A stretch of DNA of 38,076 nucleotides from a virus (lineage: Duplodnaviria; Heunggongvirae; Uroviricota; Caudoviricetes), in IMG/VR virus record IMGVR_UViG_2690316068_000004, positions 1 through 38,076 of that record. One strand, given 5' to 3'. Within the stretch, counting starts at the first letter, position 1. Each line of letters opens with the position of its first letter. The notes beneath the pieces are model-generated. The model made no database searches. It had not been told where the DNA came from and saw only the letters and a list, made by a program, of their open reading frames with translations. The translations under genes were made by a program, and so were the position numbers. Positions 11,695 through 25,880 of the stretch are shown in pieces.

Positions 11695-14252
11695 CGTCCA
11701 CCTCCGGAGAACAGACCACCATCGCGCATCTGCCCGGTCACAACATCCATTGCCGCCTTATGGGCTACGTCATAAACCGCCTTCAGCGCCTGTGGCCCTA
11801 TCTGACCGTTCGTGCCGTCGTTGTTAATCACCACATGGTTATTCTGCTCAAACTTCCCGGACGCCTGCGAGCGGCTGTCCGCCATGCTGCCCGGTGTACC
11901 GACATAACCGCCGGTGGCATAGCCGCGCATCAGCCGGTAGAGATTCCCCACGCCAATCCGGCTGGTTGCCTCCTTAGTGAAGACAAATTCACCACGGTGA
12001 ACAATCCCCGCTGGCTCATATTTGCCGCCGGTTCCCGTAAACCCTCCGGTCGCAAAATGGAATTTCGCCGCAGCTGCCTGAATGGCTGTACCGCCTGACG
12101 CGGATGCGCCGCCACCAACAGCCCCGCCAATGGCGCTGCCGATACTCCCGACAATCCCCACCATTGCCTGCTTAAGCAGAATTTCTGTCATCATGGACAG
12201 CACGGAGCGGGTGAAGCTGCGCCAGTTCTGTTCACTGCCGGTCAGCATCGCCGCCATATTCTGCGCAATACCATCAAAGGTCTGCGTGGCAGCACTTTTA
12301 ACCTGCGACATACTGTCCGTGGCACTCTCTTTCCACTCGCTCCAGCCGGACCTGAGGCCTGCCATCCAGCTCCCGCGAAGCAGGTCTTCAGCCGCCCAGG
12401 TCTTTTTCTGCTCTGACATGACGTTATTCAGCGCCAGAGGATTATCGCCATACTGTTCCTTCAGGCGCTGTTCCGTGGCTTCCCGTTCTGCCTGCCGGTC
12501 AGTCAGCCCCCGGCTTTTCGCATCAATAGCGGCCCGTTTTGCCCGTTGCTGCTGTGCGAATTTATCCGCCTGCTGCGCCAGCGCGTTCAGGCGCTCCTGA
12601 TACGTAACCTTGTCGCCAAGTGCAGCCAACTGGCGTTTATACTCCAGCGTCTCATCTTTATGCGCCAGCAGGGATTTCTCCTGTGCAGACAGCTGGCGAC
12701 GTTGCGCCGCCTCCTCCAGTACCGCGAACTGACTCTCCGCCTTCCACAAATCCCGGCGCTGCTGGCTGATTTTCTCATTTGCTCCGGCATGCTTCTCCAG
12801 CGTCCGGAGTTCAGCCTGAAGCGTCAGCAGGGCAGCATGAGCACTGTCTTCCTGACGATCGCCCGCAGACACCTTCACGCCGGACTGTTTCGGTTTTTTC
12901 AGCGTCGCTTCATAGCCCTTTTTCGCCGCCGCCATCAGCGTGTTGTAATCTGCCTGCAGGATTTTCCCGTCTTTCAGTGCCTTATTCAGTTCTTCCTGAC
13001 GGGCGGTATATTTCTCCAGCGGCGTCTGCAGGCGTTCGTAAGCCTTCTGCGCCTCTTCGGTGTATTTCAGCCGTGACGCTTCGGTATCGCTCTGCTGCTG
13101 CGCATTTTTGTCCTGTTGACTCTGCTGCTCAGTCTTCTTTCGGGCGGCTTCAAGCGCAAGACGGGCCTTTTCACGATCATCCCAGTAACGCGCCCGCGCT
13201 TCATCGTTAACAAAATAATCATCCTTGCGCAGATTCCAGATGTCGTCTGCTTTCTTAAACGCAGCCTCTGCCTTAATCAGCATCTCCTGCGCGGTATCAG
13301 GACGACCAATATCCAGCACCGCATCCCACATGGATTTGAATGCCCGCGCTGTCCTGTCTGCCCAGGTCTCCAGCGTGCCCATGTTCTCTTTCAGGCGGCG
13401 GGTCTGGTCATCAAACCCTTTCGTTGCGGCCTCGTTCGCCGCCTGCAATGCCCCGGCTTCATCGCCGGAACGCTGCAACTGAGCAACATACGCAATCTGC
13501 TCCGCCGTCACGTTATGGAACTGGCGTGCCATCGCCGTCAGCCCCGACGTCGGGTCTGTGGTCAGCTTCCCGAAGGCTTCAGCGACCTTGTCCACCTCCA
13601 CGCCGGATGCAGAGGAGAAACGCGCCACACTCTGGCTGATGGACGCAATCTGAGCCTCACCGCTTACCCCCGCCTTAACCAGTGCGCTGAGTGACTCGCT
13701 GGTCTGGTTAAACGTCAGCCCTGCCGCCTGCCCGGCTCTGGACAGGACCAGCATACGATCTGCCGTCAGTCCCGCCTGATTGCCGGAAAGGACCAGCGTT
13801 TTGTTGAAATCGGACAGGGTTGAGTTGCCCTGATACCAGGCATACGCCAGCGCACCGGTCGCCACCGCCAGCGAGGTGGCCCCCACCATCGGCAGGGTGA
13901 TCGCACCGGCAAGCCCCCTGAACATGGGGATCATCCCGCCGAAGGAGTCCTTAACCTGACCACCCTGTTGCAGCAGGATCAGCCACGGACTTTGCCCGCC
14001 TACAAGCTGCGTGGCCACGTCGGTGAACTGTGCAGGCAGCATACGCATGGCGGCTTTATACTGCCCGACGGAAATCCCCGCTTTCTGTGCAGCCAGCGCC
14101 TGTCGGCTCAGCGACTGTTCAACGACTGCCGCTGTTTTTTTCGCATCACTTTCCGTACCGGAAAAATGACGCCTGACTCTGGCCATCTGCTCGTCAAATC
14201 TGGCCGCATCCAGACTCAAATCAACGACCAGATCGCCTACCGGTTCAGCCAT
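11691..14252 (-). CDS. H: Tail tape measure protein H
   Basis: 853 aa, lambda H length; coiled-coil-rich; position after G-T. Confidence 0.9.
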   Translation of the reverse strand: MAEPVGDLVVDLSLDAARFDEQMARVRRHFSGTESDAKKTAAVVEQSLSRQALAAQKAGISVGQYKAAMRMLPAQFTDVATQLVGGQSPWLILLQQGGQVKDSFGGMIPMFRGLAGAITLPMVGATSLAVATGALAYAWYQGNSTLSDFNKTLVLSGNQAGLTADRMLVLSRAGQAAGLTFNQTSESLSALVKAGVSGEAQIASISQSVARFSSASGVEVDKVAEAFGKLTTDPTSGLTAMARQFHNVTAEQIAYVAQLQRSGDEAGALQAANEAATKGFDDQTRRLKENMGTLETWADRTARAFKSMWDAVLDIGRPDTAQEMLIKAEAAFKKADDIWNLRKDDYFVNDEARARYWDDREKARLALEAARKKTEQQSQQDKNAQQQSDTEASRLKYTEEAQKAYERLQTPLEKYTARQEELNKALKDGKILQADYNTLMAAAKKGYEATLKKPKQSGVKVSAGDRQEDSAHAALLTLQAELRTLEKHAGANEKISQQRRDLWKAESQFAVLEEAAQRRQLSAQEKSLLAHKDETLEYKRQLAALGDKVTYQERLNALAQQADKFAQQQRAKRAAIDAKSRGLTDRQAEREATEQRLKEQYGDNPLALNNVMSEQKKTWAAEDLLRGSWMAGLRSGWSEWKESATDSMSQVKSAATQTFDGIAQNMAAMLTGSEQNWRSFTRSVLSMMTEILLKQAMVGIVGSIGSAIGGAVGGGASASGGTAIQAAAAKFHFATGGFTGTGGKYEPAGIVHRGEFVFTKEATSRIGVGNLYRLMRGYATGGYVGTPGSMADSRSQASGKFEQNNHVVINNDGTNGQIGPQALKAVYDVAHKAAMDVVTGQMRDGGLFSGGGR

Positions 14253-15083
14253 ACCGGACTCCTCCTGCGATTCCTTCTGATACTGTCATCAGCATTACGT
14301 CATCCTCCGTCATGTCCGCCACATCCGGGGAAGTAGGGATAACTTCATTCCCGTCCGGGCCAAAGCGGACACCTCCGGCAAGCCCTGCCGCTTTCTGCAT
14401 CAGCACATCATCTTCAGGCTCTTCGTCAGCCTCGCGCCGGTTCAGCAGACTGAAATCCAGCGGATGCATATCCGGATCGCTGAAAAACAGGCTGAGCACG
14501 GTGTACGTCAGCCCGGAAAAGTGCATATCCAGCAGAACATCATGAAAATAATGGGTACTGTAAAAGCGGTGCCAGTCGGCATACTCCGTGGATGACATCC
14601 CGGCAAGCATGGCGCGCCAGTCAGGTCGCCCCATCTCACGCGCCAGTTTCAGGGCAAAACTCAGCTCACCGTCGAACACTTTCCCGCAGAAACAGGCTCT
14701 GCAGACCCGGCGTCCTCTGCCTGTTCAGGGGCATCATTCACCACAAACTCATACATACCGGACAGCCGGTACACCACGTTTTCAGCATGAGAAATTGCCT
14801 CTGTAGGCCAGGTGGTAAGCACTTCCTGCTCAATCTGTTTAACGGCTTCATTCATGGAAGGCAGCTTTGTCTTCTGCGGATGGTTATGCCACAGGGACAT
14901 CGCTACCACAAAAGCACCGGTTCTGATGGCGTCTTCCACAGTAAACTTCCGGTTGCTGTCTGACTCCGCCTGTTCTGCCTGCCGTTTCATCAGGGCGAGA
15001 TGCTCAATACGCTGCAGGGCTGACAGTTCAGAAAGCGTGACGGTCACGCCGTTATGTTCAAATGATTCGGTTTTCAGGAACAT
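14245..15083 (-). CDS. T: Tail assembly chaperone G-T, made by programmed -1 frameshift from G into the T frame
   Basis: The T-frame ORF (14245..14679) overlaps the G 3' end; GGGAAAG heptamer sits in the overlap in G frame. Confidence 0.85.
14661..15083 (-). CDS. G: Tail assembly chaperone G
   Basis: 140 aa, lambda G length; ends just 3' of the slippery heptamer. Confidence 0.9.
   Translation of the reverse strand: MFLKTESFEHNGVTVTLSELSALQRIEHLALMKRQAEQAESDSNRKFTVEDAIRTGAFVVAMSLWHNHPQKTKLPSMNEAVKQIEQEVLTTWPTEAISHAENVVYRLSGMYEFVVNDAPEQAEDAGSAEPVSAGKCSTVS
14679..14685 (-). promoter_or_regulatory. Programmed -1 ribosomal frameshift slippery heptamer G GGA AAG
   Basis: Plus-strand ctttccc at 14679..14685 is GGGAAAG on the minus strand, in zero frame of G (GCG GGA AAG). 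Confidence 0.85.
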
Positions 15084-15098
15084 CGCTGACTCTCCGGA

Positions 15099-15839
15099 TT
15101 AACTGTCGGTGACAGTGATTTCTGCAACCGCAGCAAGTTCACCATTACCGGATACAACCGGAATGTTGACCTTACCTGCAGCAACGCCTTTCACGGTGAT
15201 GGTCATACCACTGACCGACACTGTGGCTTTTGTTTTATCCGCTGACACCGCACGGAAGCTCTTGTCAGTTGCGCCCTCCGGCTGGAATGCCACGGTCAGC
15301 GTGGTGCCCTGCCCTTTCACCACCGAGGAGCTGGCAGGCGTCACGGTCATACCGGTTGCCGCCGTCACCGTACTGCGATCTTCTGCCATTGACGGACGGC
15401 CCACATTGGTGACCTTCACCGTACGGGTGATCACTTCCTTCGCCGTCACCGCCTTACCGATACTGCTGACCCAGCCACGGAACACATCGACCGTGCCGTT
15501 CGGGAAGCGGATTTTATAGGCACGGGTATCACCTTCATTAAACCACGCCAGCAGCGCCTGCTGCCCCTGCTCTCCGGGCATCCACGCCAGCGTGAAGCTG
15601 GTATCTCCGGCGGATTTCTGCCCCTGCCCGGTCGCGGTCCAGTCCGCATCTTCATCATCGAGATAACTGTCGTCATAGGACTCAGCGGTCAGTTCGCCGG
15701 GCGTCAGGTCTTTAACTTTTGCCAGACGCGACCAGTCAACGTCTGAAAGCGGGTTCGCATAAGGGTCGCCGCTCCCGTTATAAACCCACAGGGTGGTTCC
15801 GGCACCTTTCACCGGTATTGCTGGATTTGGTACAGGCAT
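15099..15839 (-). CDS. V: Major tail protein V with C-terminal Ig-like domain
   Basis: Matches lambda V from internal start [14 protein letters not shown] (ORF Met11). Confidence 0.9.
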   Translation of the reverse strand: MPVPNPAIPVKGAGTTLWVYNGSGDPYANPLSDVDWSRLAKVKDLTPGELTAESYDDSYLDDEDADWTATGQGQKSAGDTSFTLAWMPGEQGQQALLAWFNEGDTRAYKIRFPNGTVDVFRGWVSSIGKAVTAKEVITRTVKVTNVGRPSMAEDRSTVTAATGMTVTPASSSVVKGQGTTLTVAFQPEGATDKSFRAVSADKTKATVSVSGMTITVKGVAAGKVNIPVVSGNGELAAVAEITVTDS

Positions 15840-15846
15840 ATCGTCC

Positions 15847-16242
15847 TCACATTTCATAGGTAATGACATAAGTCAGATCGGCAGAACTCCACAGGCCCGC
15901 ATCATCGTCGCGCCGGTAGTCATAGCCACTGGCCACCATACTGGTGATCAAATCTGACAGTGCCGGGATATCGCTCATCACCGGATAAATCCGGGACTCC
16001 ATCCACGAATCCAGCTCTGAATCCGGCACCTGAGCAGGCAGGAAAACTTCGATATGCAGCTCCGCCTGCCAGGTATCGCTGTCCAGCTCTTCGCCCGTGT
16101 ATTCAGCGCCGGTGAGATAAACGGCAACTGCCGGAAAATCTTCCTCATCAAAAACAGCGGGGCGACCATCAAAAAACGTCGCCCCGGTGTCATGCTTCTC
16201 CAGTGCATCCAGTACGGCTGCACGGAGTTCAGTATGTTTCAT
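15847..16242 (-). CDS. U: Tail terminator protein U
   Basis: 131 aa, lambda U length and position. Confidence 0.9.
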   Translation of the reverse strand: MKHTELRAAVLDALEKHDTGATFFDGRPAVFDEEDFPAVAVYLTGAEYTGEELDSDTWQAELHIEVFLPAQVPDSELDSWMESRIYPVMSDIPALSDLITSMVASGYDYRRDDDAGLWSSADLTYVITYEM

Positions 16243-16817
16243 CGTTTTATTACCATCCTCAGTTGATGATGCAGCGCATAGCCCAGCTCTTTCGGAAGAC
16301 GCTCACGCCGTATCCTCTCAATATTCTGTTTAAACGCCGTGGTCAGCGGCACCGCCATCGGGATTTTCACCACATCAATGGGGTAACGGTTTTTCCCGGC
16401 CACACGCTGCATGACATGCCAGCGGCCATTTTTCAGTTGCTGAATAAACGCGCAGGGAATACGACGGTTTCCCACCACAAGCACGCTGCCGCCACCTTTC
16501 AGGGCTGAACGCTGCCCCTTTTTACGACGCCTGCGTCGGGACAGGACAATCCGCGCGTTACCCAGCTTTATTACGGGCAAATCCCCCCGGTTAACCTTGA
16601 TTCTGGCCTGCGGATTTTTGACCGTGGCCCTTTTCAGCCTGGCCCTTTCCTTTACCAGTTTCCGGCGTACCTTTGTCTCACGGGCAACCTGTGACGCCGA
16701 CTGCGATATCGCGGATGAAGCAACGCGGTTAATGGCCATTGCGGCGGCACCGGGCACCGCCGTTCTGCTGATACGGCTGAGGTTTTCAACGGCCTGCTCA
16801 AGACCTTTTATGGCCAT
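16239..16817 (-). CDS. Z: Tail completion protein Z
   Basis: 192 aa, lambda Z length and position. Confidence 0.9.
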   Translation of the reverse strand: MAIKGLEQAVENLSRISRTAVPGAAAMAINRVASSAISQSASQVARETKVRRKLVKERARLKRATVKNPQARIKVNRGDLPVIKLGNARIVLSRRRRRKKGQRSALKGGGSVLVVGNRRIPCAFIQQLKNGRWHVMQRVAGKNRYPIDVVKIPMAVPLTTAFKQNIERIRRERLPKELGYALHHQLRMVIKR

Positions 16818-16828
16818 ACATCCCCCTT

Positions 16829-17182
16829 TCAGCGGCGACGGTTAACGGCAGGCGGTACGCCCCGCCCAAGCCAGAGATGACAGCTTCCGCCATCATCCGG
16901 CGAAATCCGGTCTATCCAGAAGTTTTCCTCACCGATGGTCAGCGTGTCGCCGCGCCGCAGCTGCCGCACATCATCAGTCCGGACAAACAGGGACGGGCTG
17001 GAGCCTTCAACGCGTACGCCCTGTCCGGCATAGCTGATATTTTCAGGGTCATCAAAAACACCACGTATTACTGCGCCGGACTGCTCACCGGATGTCATGG
17101 TGGCTGACGTTCCCATGTACCCGCGTATCGTTTCATCGGCGCGGGCAATGGCAGCATCGAACAGGTTATCGAAATCAGCCAC
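16829..17182 (-). CDS. FII: Head-tail joining protein FII
   Basis: 117 aa, lambda FII length and position. Confidence 0.9.
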   Translation of the reverse strand: MADFDNLFDAAIARADETIRGYMGTSATMTSGEQSGAVIRGVFDDPENISYAGQGVRVEGSSPSLFVRTDDVRQLRRGDTLTIGEENFWIDRISPDDGGSCHLWLGRGVPPAVNRRR

Positions 17183-17193
17183 AGCGCCTCCCG

Positions 17194-17589
17194 TTATTGC
17201 ATTCTGGCCAGGCCACGTTCTGTCATTTCGGCTGCCACACCGGCAGAGACACGAAACGCCGTTCCCGGCAGCACAAATGCCACAGGTTCATCCCGCGTGG
17301 CGTGAAGTGCATCGGTATGCAGCGTCACCAGTGCCACAACCGTGACCAGAGCAGCCGTATCAGTCACGGTATCCGTCTGTGCTGATACCACCTCATTTTC
17401 ATGTCCGGTCAGCGCATTTTCCGGTCTGAGAGGGGTATCCTGACCGGCAGCGTCATCCGTGTCATCAAGCTCCTCTTCCAGCTCTGCCACACGGAGCGCC
17501 AGTTCTTCTTTCGTCCCCGTCAGGCTGACATCACGGTTCAGTTGCTCACCCAGCGACCGGAGACGGACAATCAGTTCATCTTTCGTCAT
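17194..17589 (-). CDS. FI: DNA packaging protein FI
   Basis: Matches lambda FI from internal start MTKDELIVRLRSLGEQLNRDV. Confidence 0.85.
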   Translation of the reverse strand: MTKDELIVRLRSLGEQLNRDVSLTGTKEELALRVAELEEELDDTDDAAGQDTPLRPENALTGHENEVVSAQTDTVTDTAALVTVVALVTLHTDALHATRDEPVAFVLPGTAFRVSAGVAAEMTERGLARMQ

Positions 17590-17630
17590 GGACTCCTCCA
17601 CAGAGAGAAAATGGCCCCGAAGGGCCACGA

Positions 17631-18656
17631 TTACGCCAGTTGTACGGACACGAACTCATCAGGGTCAGCCAGCAGCATCAGCGGTGCTGACTGAATCATG
17701 GTGAACTCACGCGCCGGATCGCCGGTGGTCACCCAGTTTTTCGGGTAACGGGCAGAGGCGTTAATGCCTTCGCGCTGTGCGTCCGCATCCTGAATGCAGC
17801 CATAGGTGCGCAGACCGCGTGCCTGAGTGTTCCCCAGTACCATCGTGTTGTCCGGCAGGAAGTTCTTTTTGACGCCGTTTTCCACGTACTGTCCGGAATA
17901 CACGACGATGGCCACATCGCCATACATCCCCTTATAGGACACCGCTTTACCCAGGTCTTTCACCGCTGTCTCCAGCTCGGAATGAGAGCCGCGACGGGTA
18001 TCCAGCTTCTCCTTGACGGCTTTGAAGGAACGGAACAGCGCCCAGCCTTTCGGATCAAACACGATGATATTCACCACGCCGCTGGCGTTCAGCGCGTAGG
18101 CTTCGATATCGTCGGTCGGGTCATACGTGGACTTGTCACGCTTGCTCCACTCCGTGCCGCCGGACTGCGTGATGTTGTTCGCCGCACTGCGGCCCATATC
18201 CACCTCAACCGGATCGAAGGCTTCACCGGTCATGGTGTATTTGCCCTTGAGCACGGCAGAAACTGCCTGCATCTCTTCGACCTGAGCAATGGCCAGCTCT
18301 TCGTCACGCATGTTCTGCAGGATGATGCGACGGCGGCGGTAAGCCGGGTCCGCCAGATTCTGCGGATCTTCATCCGGCAGGCGACGCAGGGTCATCTGCG
18401 GATTCACTTCATGCTTGGGTTTGACATATCCCGGCGTAAATTCAGAGGTGGAGCCGCCACGGGAACGGATAACCTCACCGGAAACAATCGGCGAAACGTA
18501 CAGCGCCATGTTTACCAGTCCCGGAATTTGTGAGAGATAGACTTTCTCCGTAGTGAAGGGATAGCTCTCACGGAAAAAGAGACGCAGAAACAGCGGATCA
18601 AACTTAAATTTCTGCTCATTTGCCGCCAGCAGCTGGGCGGTTGTGTACATCGACAT
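17631..18656 (-). CDS. E: Major capsid protein E
   Basis: Matches lambda E from internal start MSMYTTAQLLAANEQKF; 341 aa. Confidence 0.95.
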   Translation of the reverse strand: MSMYTTAQLLAANEQKFKFDPLFLRLFFRESYPFTTEKVYLSQIPGLVNMALYVSPIVSGEVIRSRGGSTSEFTPGYVKPKHEVNPQMTLRRLPDEDPQNLADPAYRRRRIILQNMRDEELAIAQVEEMQAVSAVLKGKYTMTGEAFDPVEVDMGRSAANNITQSGGTEWSKRDKSTYDPTDDIEAYALNASGVVNIIVFDPKGWALFRSFKAVKEKLDTRRGSHSELETAVKDLGKAVSYKGMYGDVAIVVYSGQYVENGVKKNFLPDNTMVLGNTQARGLRTYGCIQDADAQREGINASARYPKNWVTTGDPAREFTMIQSAPLMLLADPDEFVSVQLA

Positions 18657-18711
18657 AAAAAAATCCCGTAAAAAAAGCCGCACAGGCGGCCTTTAGTGAT
18701 GAAGGGTAAAG

Positions 18712-19044
18712 TTAAACGATGCTGATTGCCGTTCCGGCAAACGCGGTCCGTTTTTTCGTCTCGTCGCTGGCAGCCTCCGGCCAGAGCACATCCTCATAAC
18801 GGAACGTGCCGGACTTGTAGAACGTCAGCGTGGTGCTGGTCTGGTCAGCATCAACCGCCAGAATGCCAACGGCAGCACCGTCGGTGGTGCCATCCCACGC
18901 AACCAGCTTACGGGTGGAGGTATCCAGCATCAGCGGGGTCATTGCAGGCGCTTTCGCACTCAATCCGCCGGGCGCGGTTGCCGTATGTGCCGGGTCACTG
19001 TTGCCCAGCGGCTGGTAATGGGTAAAGGTTTCTTTGCTCGTCAT
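18712..19044 (-). CDS. D: Head decoration protein D
   Basis: Matches lambda D from [12 protein letters not shown]; 110 aa. Confidence 0.95.
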   Translation of the reverse strand: MTSKETFTHYQPLGNSDPAHTATAPGGLSAKAPAMTPLMLDTSTRKLVAWDGTTDGAAVGILAVDADQTSTTLTFYKSGTFRYEDVLWPEAASDETKKRTAFAGTAISIV

Positions 19045-19053
19045 AAACATCCC

Positions 19054-19659
19054 TTACACTGGTGTGTTCAGCAAATCGTTAACGGCATCAGATGCCGGGT
19101 TACCTGCAGCCAGCGGTGCCGGTGCCCCCTGCATCAGACGATCCAGCGCAGTGTCACTGCGCGCCTGTGCACTCTGTGGTGCAGCTGCCAGAATGCGGCG
19201 GGCCGTTTCCACGGTCATACCGGGGGTTTCGGCTAGCACGCGTGCCTGTTCTTCGCGTCCGTGAGTCTCCTCACAGTTGAGGATCCCCATAATGCGACTG
19301 TTTTCTGCCGCAACCGCTGCGGTGATCTGCGCGTTCACGTCCGGCTGCGCAGCGCTGGCGTTCTCGCCATCCGTCGCTTGCACTACGCCAGTAACGTCAG
19401 CCTGCGAAGCAGTGGCTGAAACAGTTGTTGATTGAGTCTCTTTGGTCATTCGCCCTCCTGAGAGACGGGATTTACGTGCATCCAGTGCATCACGCATGAC
19501 GGTGATCGCATCGGTACTGTTAACAAGTTCATCAGCCAGTCCGGCATCAATGGCCTCCTGACCGCTGTACACTGCAGCCTCGGTATCCAGCACAGCCTGC
19601 ACGGACAGGCCGGTATATGCCGACACCTTCTGTGCAAACATCCGGCGGGTTGCATCCAT
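19054..19659 (-). CDS. nu3: Scaffolding protein Nu3, in-frame internal start within C
   Basis: In-frame ATG at 19657..19659, 714 nt into C as in lambda; begins MDATRRMFAQKVS. Confidence 0.7.
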   Translation of the reverse strand: MDATRRMFAQKVSAYTGLSVQAVLDTEAAVYSGQEAIDAGLADELVNSTDAITVMRDALDARKSRLSGGRMTKETQSTTVSATASQADVTGVVQATDGENASAAQPDVNAQITAAVAAENSRIMGILNCEETHGREEQARVLAETPGMTVETARRILAAAPQSAQARSDTALDRLMQGAPAPLAAGNPASDAVNDLLNTPV

Positions 19660-20353
19660 CCGGGACTGCAGTGTTTCCCGGACATCATCCGGTAGATGGC
19701 TGTAGGGGTTGCCATCCACCTTATGGCTGCCGCTGTAAATCAGCGTGATTTCCACGCCCTGTTTCTCCAGCGCAGCACCGTAATTACTGTGAGCCATCAT
19801 GACGCCGATGGAGCCTGTCCGGGCGGTCTGCGTGACCAGACGTCGGGAGGCGGCGCTGGCAAGCAACTGACCTGCACTGCAGTTCATGTCGTTGGCCAGC
19901 GCCCATACCGGCTTTATGTCACGCACACGGGCGATGATGTCAGCGCAGTCAAATGCCCCTGCCACCATCCCGCCTGGCGTATCCATATCGAGCAGAATGC
20001 CGTCCACCATCGGGTCGCTGGCAGCCTGTTGCAGACGGGCGATAATGCCGTTGTAACCGGTCATCCCCGAATACGGCTGCAGCGCTCGCGTCCGACTGAC
20101 CAGCGTGCCGGACACCGGCAGCACGGCGATGCCGTTCATGACCTGATAACTGCGGGCCTGTCGTGGTCCGTCATCATCAACGGATAACGCCAGCGCCGCG
20201 GGTGCCTCTCCGGCAGTCAGGCTGTCGCCGGATACCGCATCCGTCAGGCGGCTGATCCCAAGCTGGCCTGCAAGCGCACAAAAGAAAACCCGCGCATAGG
20301 CGGGTTCAAGCATCAGCGGCTCATTAAAGGCCATACTGGCAATATGCGGGAGA

Positions 20354-20373
<20 letters not shown>
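19054..20373 (-). CDS. C: Prohead protease / scaffold protein C, GTG start
   Basis: Matches lambda C from (V)TAELRNLPHIASMAF; GTG at 20371..20373; 439 aa. Confidence 0.9.
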
Positions 20374-24054
<3,681 letters not shown>

Positions 24055-24080
<26 letters not shown>

Positions 24081-24600
24081 TCAGCAACCCCGGTATCAGT
24101 TCATCCAGCGCGGCTGCTTTGTTCATGGCTTTGATGATATCCCGTTTCAGGAAATCAACATGTCGGTTTTCCAGTTCCGGAAAACGCCGCTGTACCGAGA
24201 GAGGGATCCCGTCAAGAATACTGGCAATTTCACCTGCGATCCGTGACAGCACGAAAGTACAGAATGCGGTTTCCACCACTTCTGCGGAGTCTCTGGCATT
24301 CTTCAGCTCCTGGGCGTCAGCCTGCGCACGCGTAAGTCGATGGCGTTCGTACTCAATAGTCCCAGGCTGGAGATCTGCCTCGCTGGCAGCCCTGTAATCC
24401 TCAACCTCTTTACGGAGTTTTTCATTTTCGATATCAGCTTCCCTCTGCGCATACCACTGAATTGCCATGGCGGTATCAAATACAGATTCAACGCCCTTAC
24501 CACCTCCGGAGACGCAAGGGAGTCCCTGAGACTGCCAGCGTTCAATCGTTCGCGGATCCACGTTGAAAATTTCGGCAAGTTTCTTTTTATTAACCTTCAT
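24055..24600 (-). CDS. nu1: Terminase small subunit Nu1, N-terminal DNA-binding region divergent from lambda
   Basis: 181 aa; residues ~50-181 match lambda Nu1 as recalled, residues 1-50 differ. Confidence 0.9.
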
Positions 24601-24787
24601 GAAACAGTCTCACAATAAATACAGGGTCCGACATGAAAGTGCCCGAAAATGACTTTTTTAGGCGTTTTCATGTCGGACCTTTACGGATTCGATATTAGAA
24701 AAAACAAATAGTTATGTTCGAGAAGTACCGACATGATTTTCCCCGGAAAATTTTCATAAATAGCGAAAACCCGCGAGGTCGCCGCCC
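24601..24787 (-). promoter_or_regulatory. cos site: cosN cohesive end (aggtcgccgccc at 24776..24787, i.e. GGGCGGCGACCT on minus) and cosB with three CCGACATGA-type repeats
   Basis: Minus-strand GGGCGGCGACCTCGCGGGTTTTCGCTATTTATGAAAATTTTCCGG matches the lambda left end; repeats at 24627..24640, 24667..24679 (inverted) and 24726..24736. Confidence 0.8.
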
Positions 24788-24935
24788 CGTAACCTCTTGG
24801 ATCGACGGAAAGGACCCGAAAACGAGAATAATTATCACTTACAGCAAGAATCGAATCTGATCTATTATGGTGCTTGCTATTACGTGCCGGCACAAGTGCG
24901 TCGTTTACCGTCATTTCACACAGAGGCATCATCAA

Positions 24936-25187
24936 ATGAAAATCAGAAATATTCTCGCTATCTCCCTTGCGACATCATCCTTCAGTTGCCTGGCATTTAA
25001 ATCCTCGCCCAATGTGCTACCAGGACCAACGAATCAACTAACTGCGGTAGAAAGTAAAATTATCGGACATTTTTATGCCCCACACAGTACATTACCCGGA
25101 ACAACCATCACAGGGACATGTGACGCCTCCCCCGTCCCGGGATGCACCTGTCCGTTTTGTACTATGCTGCGTAGCCAAAACCGATAA
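24936..25187 (+). CDS. Hypothetical small secreted protein (signal-peptide-like N-terminus, Cys-rich C-terminus)
   Basis: Internal start MKIRNILAISLATSSFSCLA within ORF 24867..25187; start not verified. Confidence 0.35.
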   Translation: MKIRNILAISLATSSFSCLAFKSSPNVLPGPTNQLTAVESKIIGHFYAPHSTLPGTTITGTCDASPVPGCTCPFCTMLRSQNR

Positions 25188-25550
25188 CATCCGCATTTAC
25201 CTGGTATTCCATGATGAGTTCACGCAGCGACTGATAGAGGAAGGAAAGATGGTTAGTAAAAGCAAGGCGCATTGCCGCCGCATGCTGCAGGCATTGCAAC
25301 AGACGAGAGCAGGTATTTTTGACCAGTTGGAAAACTGCCAGCATACTTTGCCCGAGTATATCGCCATCTCATCGGAAACCAGTGCAACTCTTATTCATCG
25401 GGTTCCACCAGAGAAAAAGAAGAAATGAACAGTGAGGCGTTGTGTGGCATACAACGCCTTCTTCCATCATTCCTCGTCAGCCATGACAAAAATATAACCG
25501 CTGGCTCTTTCATTTTTCTCCTGCTTCCAGCCCCTCTCTACCTGGAAGCA

Positions 25551-25880
25551 TCAAGGACGTGACGGCGTAAAGATAAATTGTCTCTTCACTCCCTGACAGG
25601 GGCGATTCTTTTCAAATCGCCATTTCGCCATGGCCTTCACCACTTCATCACGAAACAAATTATGAGGCTCTGAGCGGAGAAAAACGATCCGTGTCACAGT
25701 CCCATCAGCACCAATATCGAACTTAACCTCAACCAGCCCCTTGATATAATTTGCTGCAGCATATTCCGGATATCGTGGATACACCGTCACTAATTGCCGG
25801 GGCTCATCAGCTTTTTGCTGCGAGCATCCCACTGCCAGGACAGATAACAGAAAAAGTAGTAAAAGGCGTCTTTTCATTTT
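25551..25880 (-). CDS. Putative lipoprotein with TonB C-terminal-like domain
   Basis: Internal start MKRRLLLLFLLSVLAVGC (lipobox LAVGC) followed by a YP...G.V.V.F.I...G.V TonB-C-like pattern. Confidence 0.55.
   Translation of the reverse strand, partial: KMKRRLLLLFLLSVLAVGCSQQKADEPRQLVTVYPRYPEYAAANYIKGLVEVKFDIGADGTVTRIVFLRSEPHNLFRDEVVKAMAKWRFEKNRPCQGVKRQFIFTPSRP

Noticed and set aside
24681-24935. 84-aa minus-strand ORF spanning the cos region
   Set aside because: Overlaps cosN and the cosQ-side sequence that matches the lambda right end; no RBS, implausible composition.
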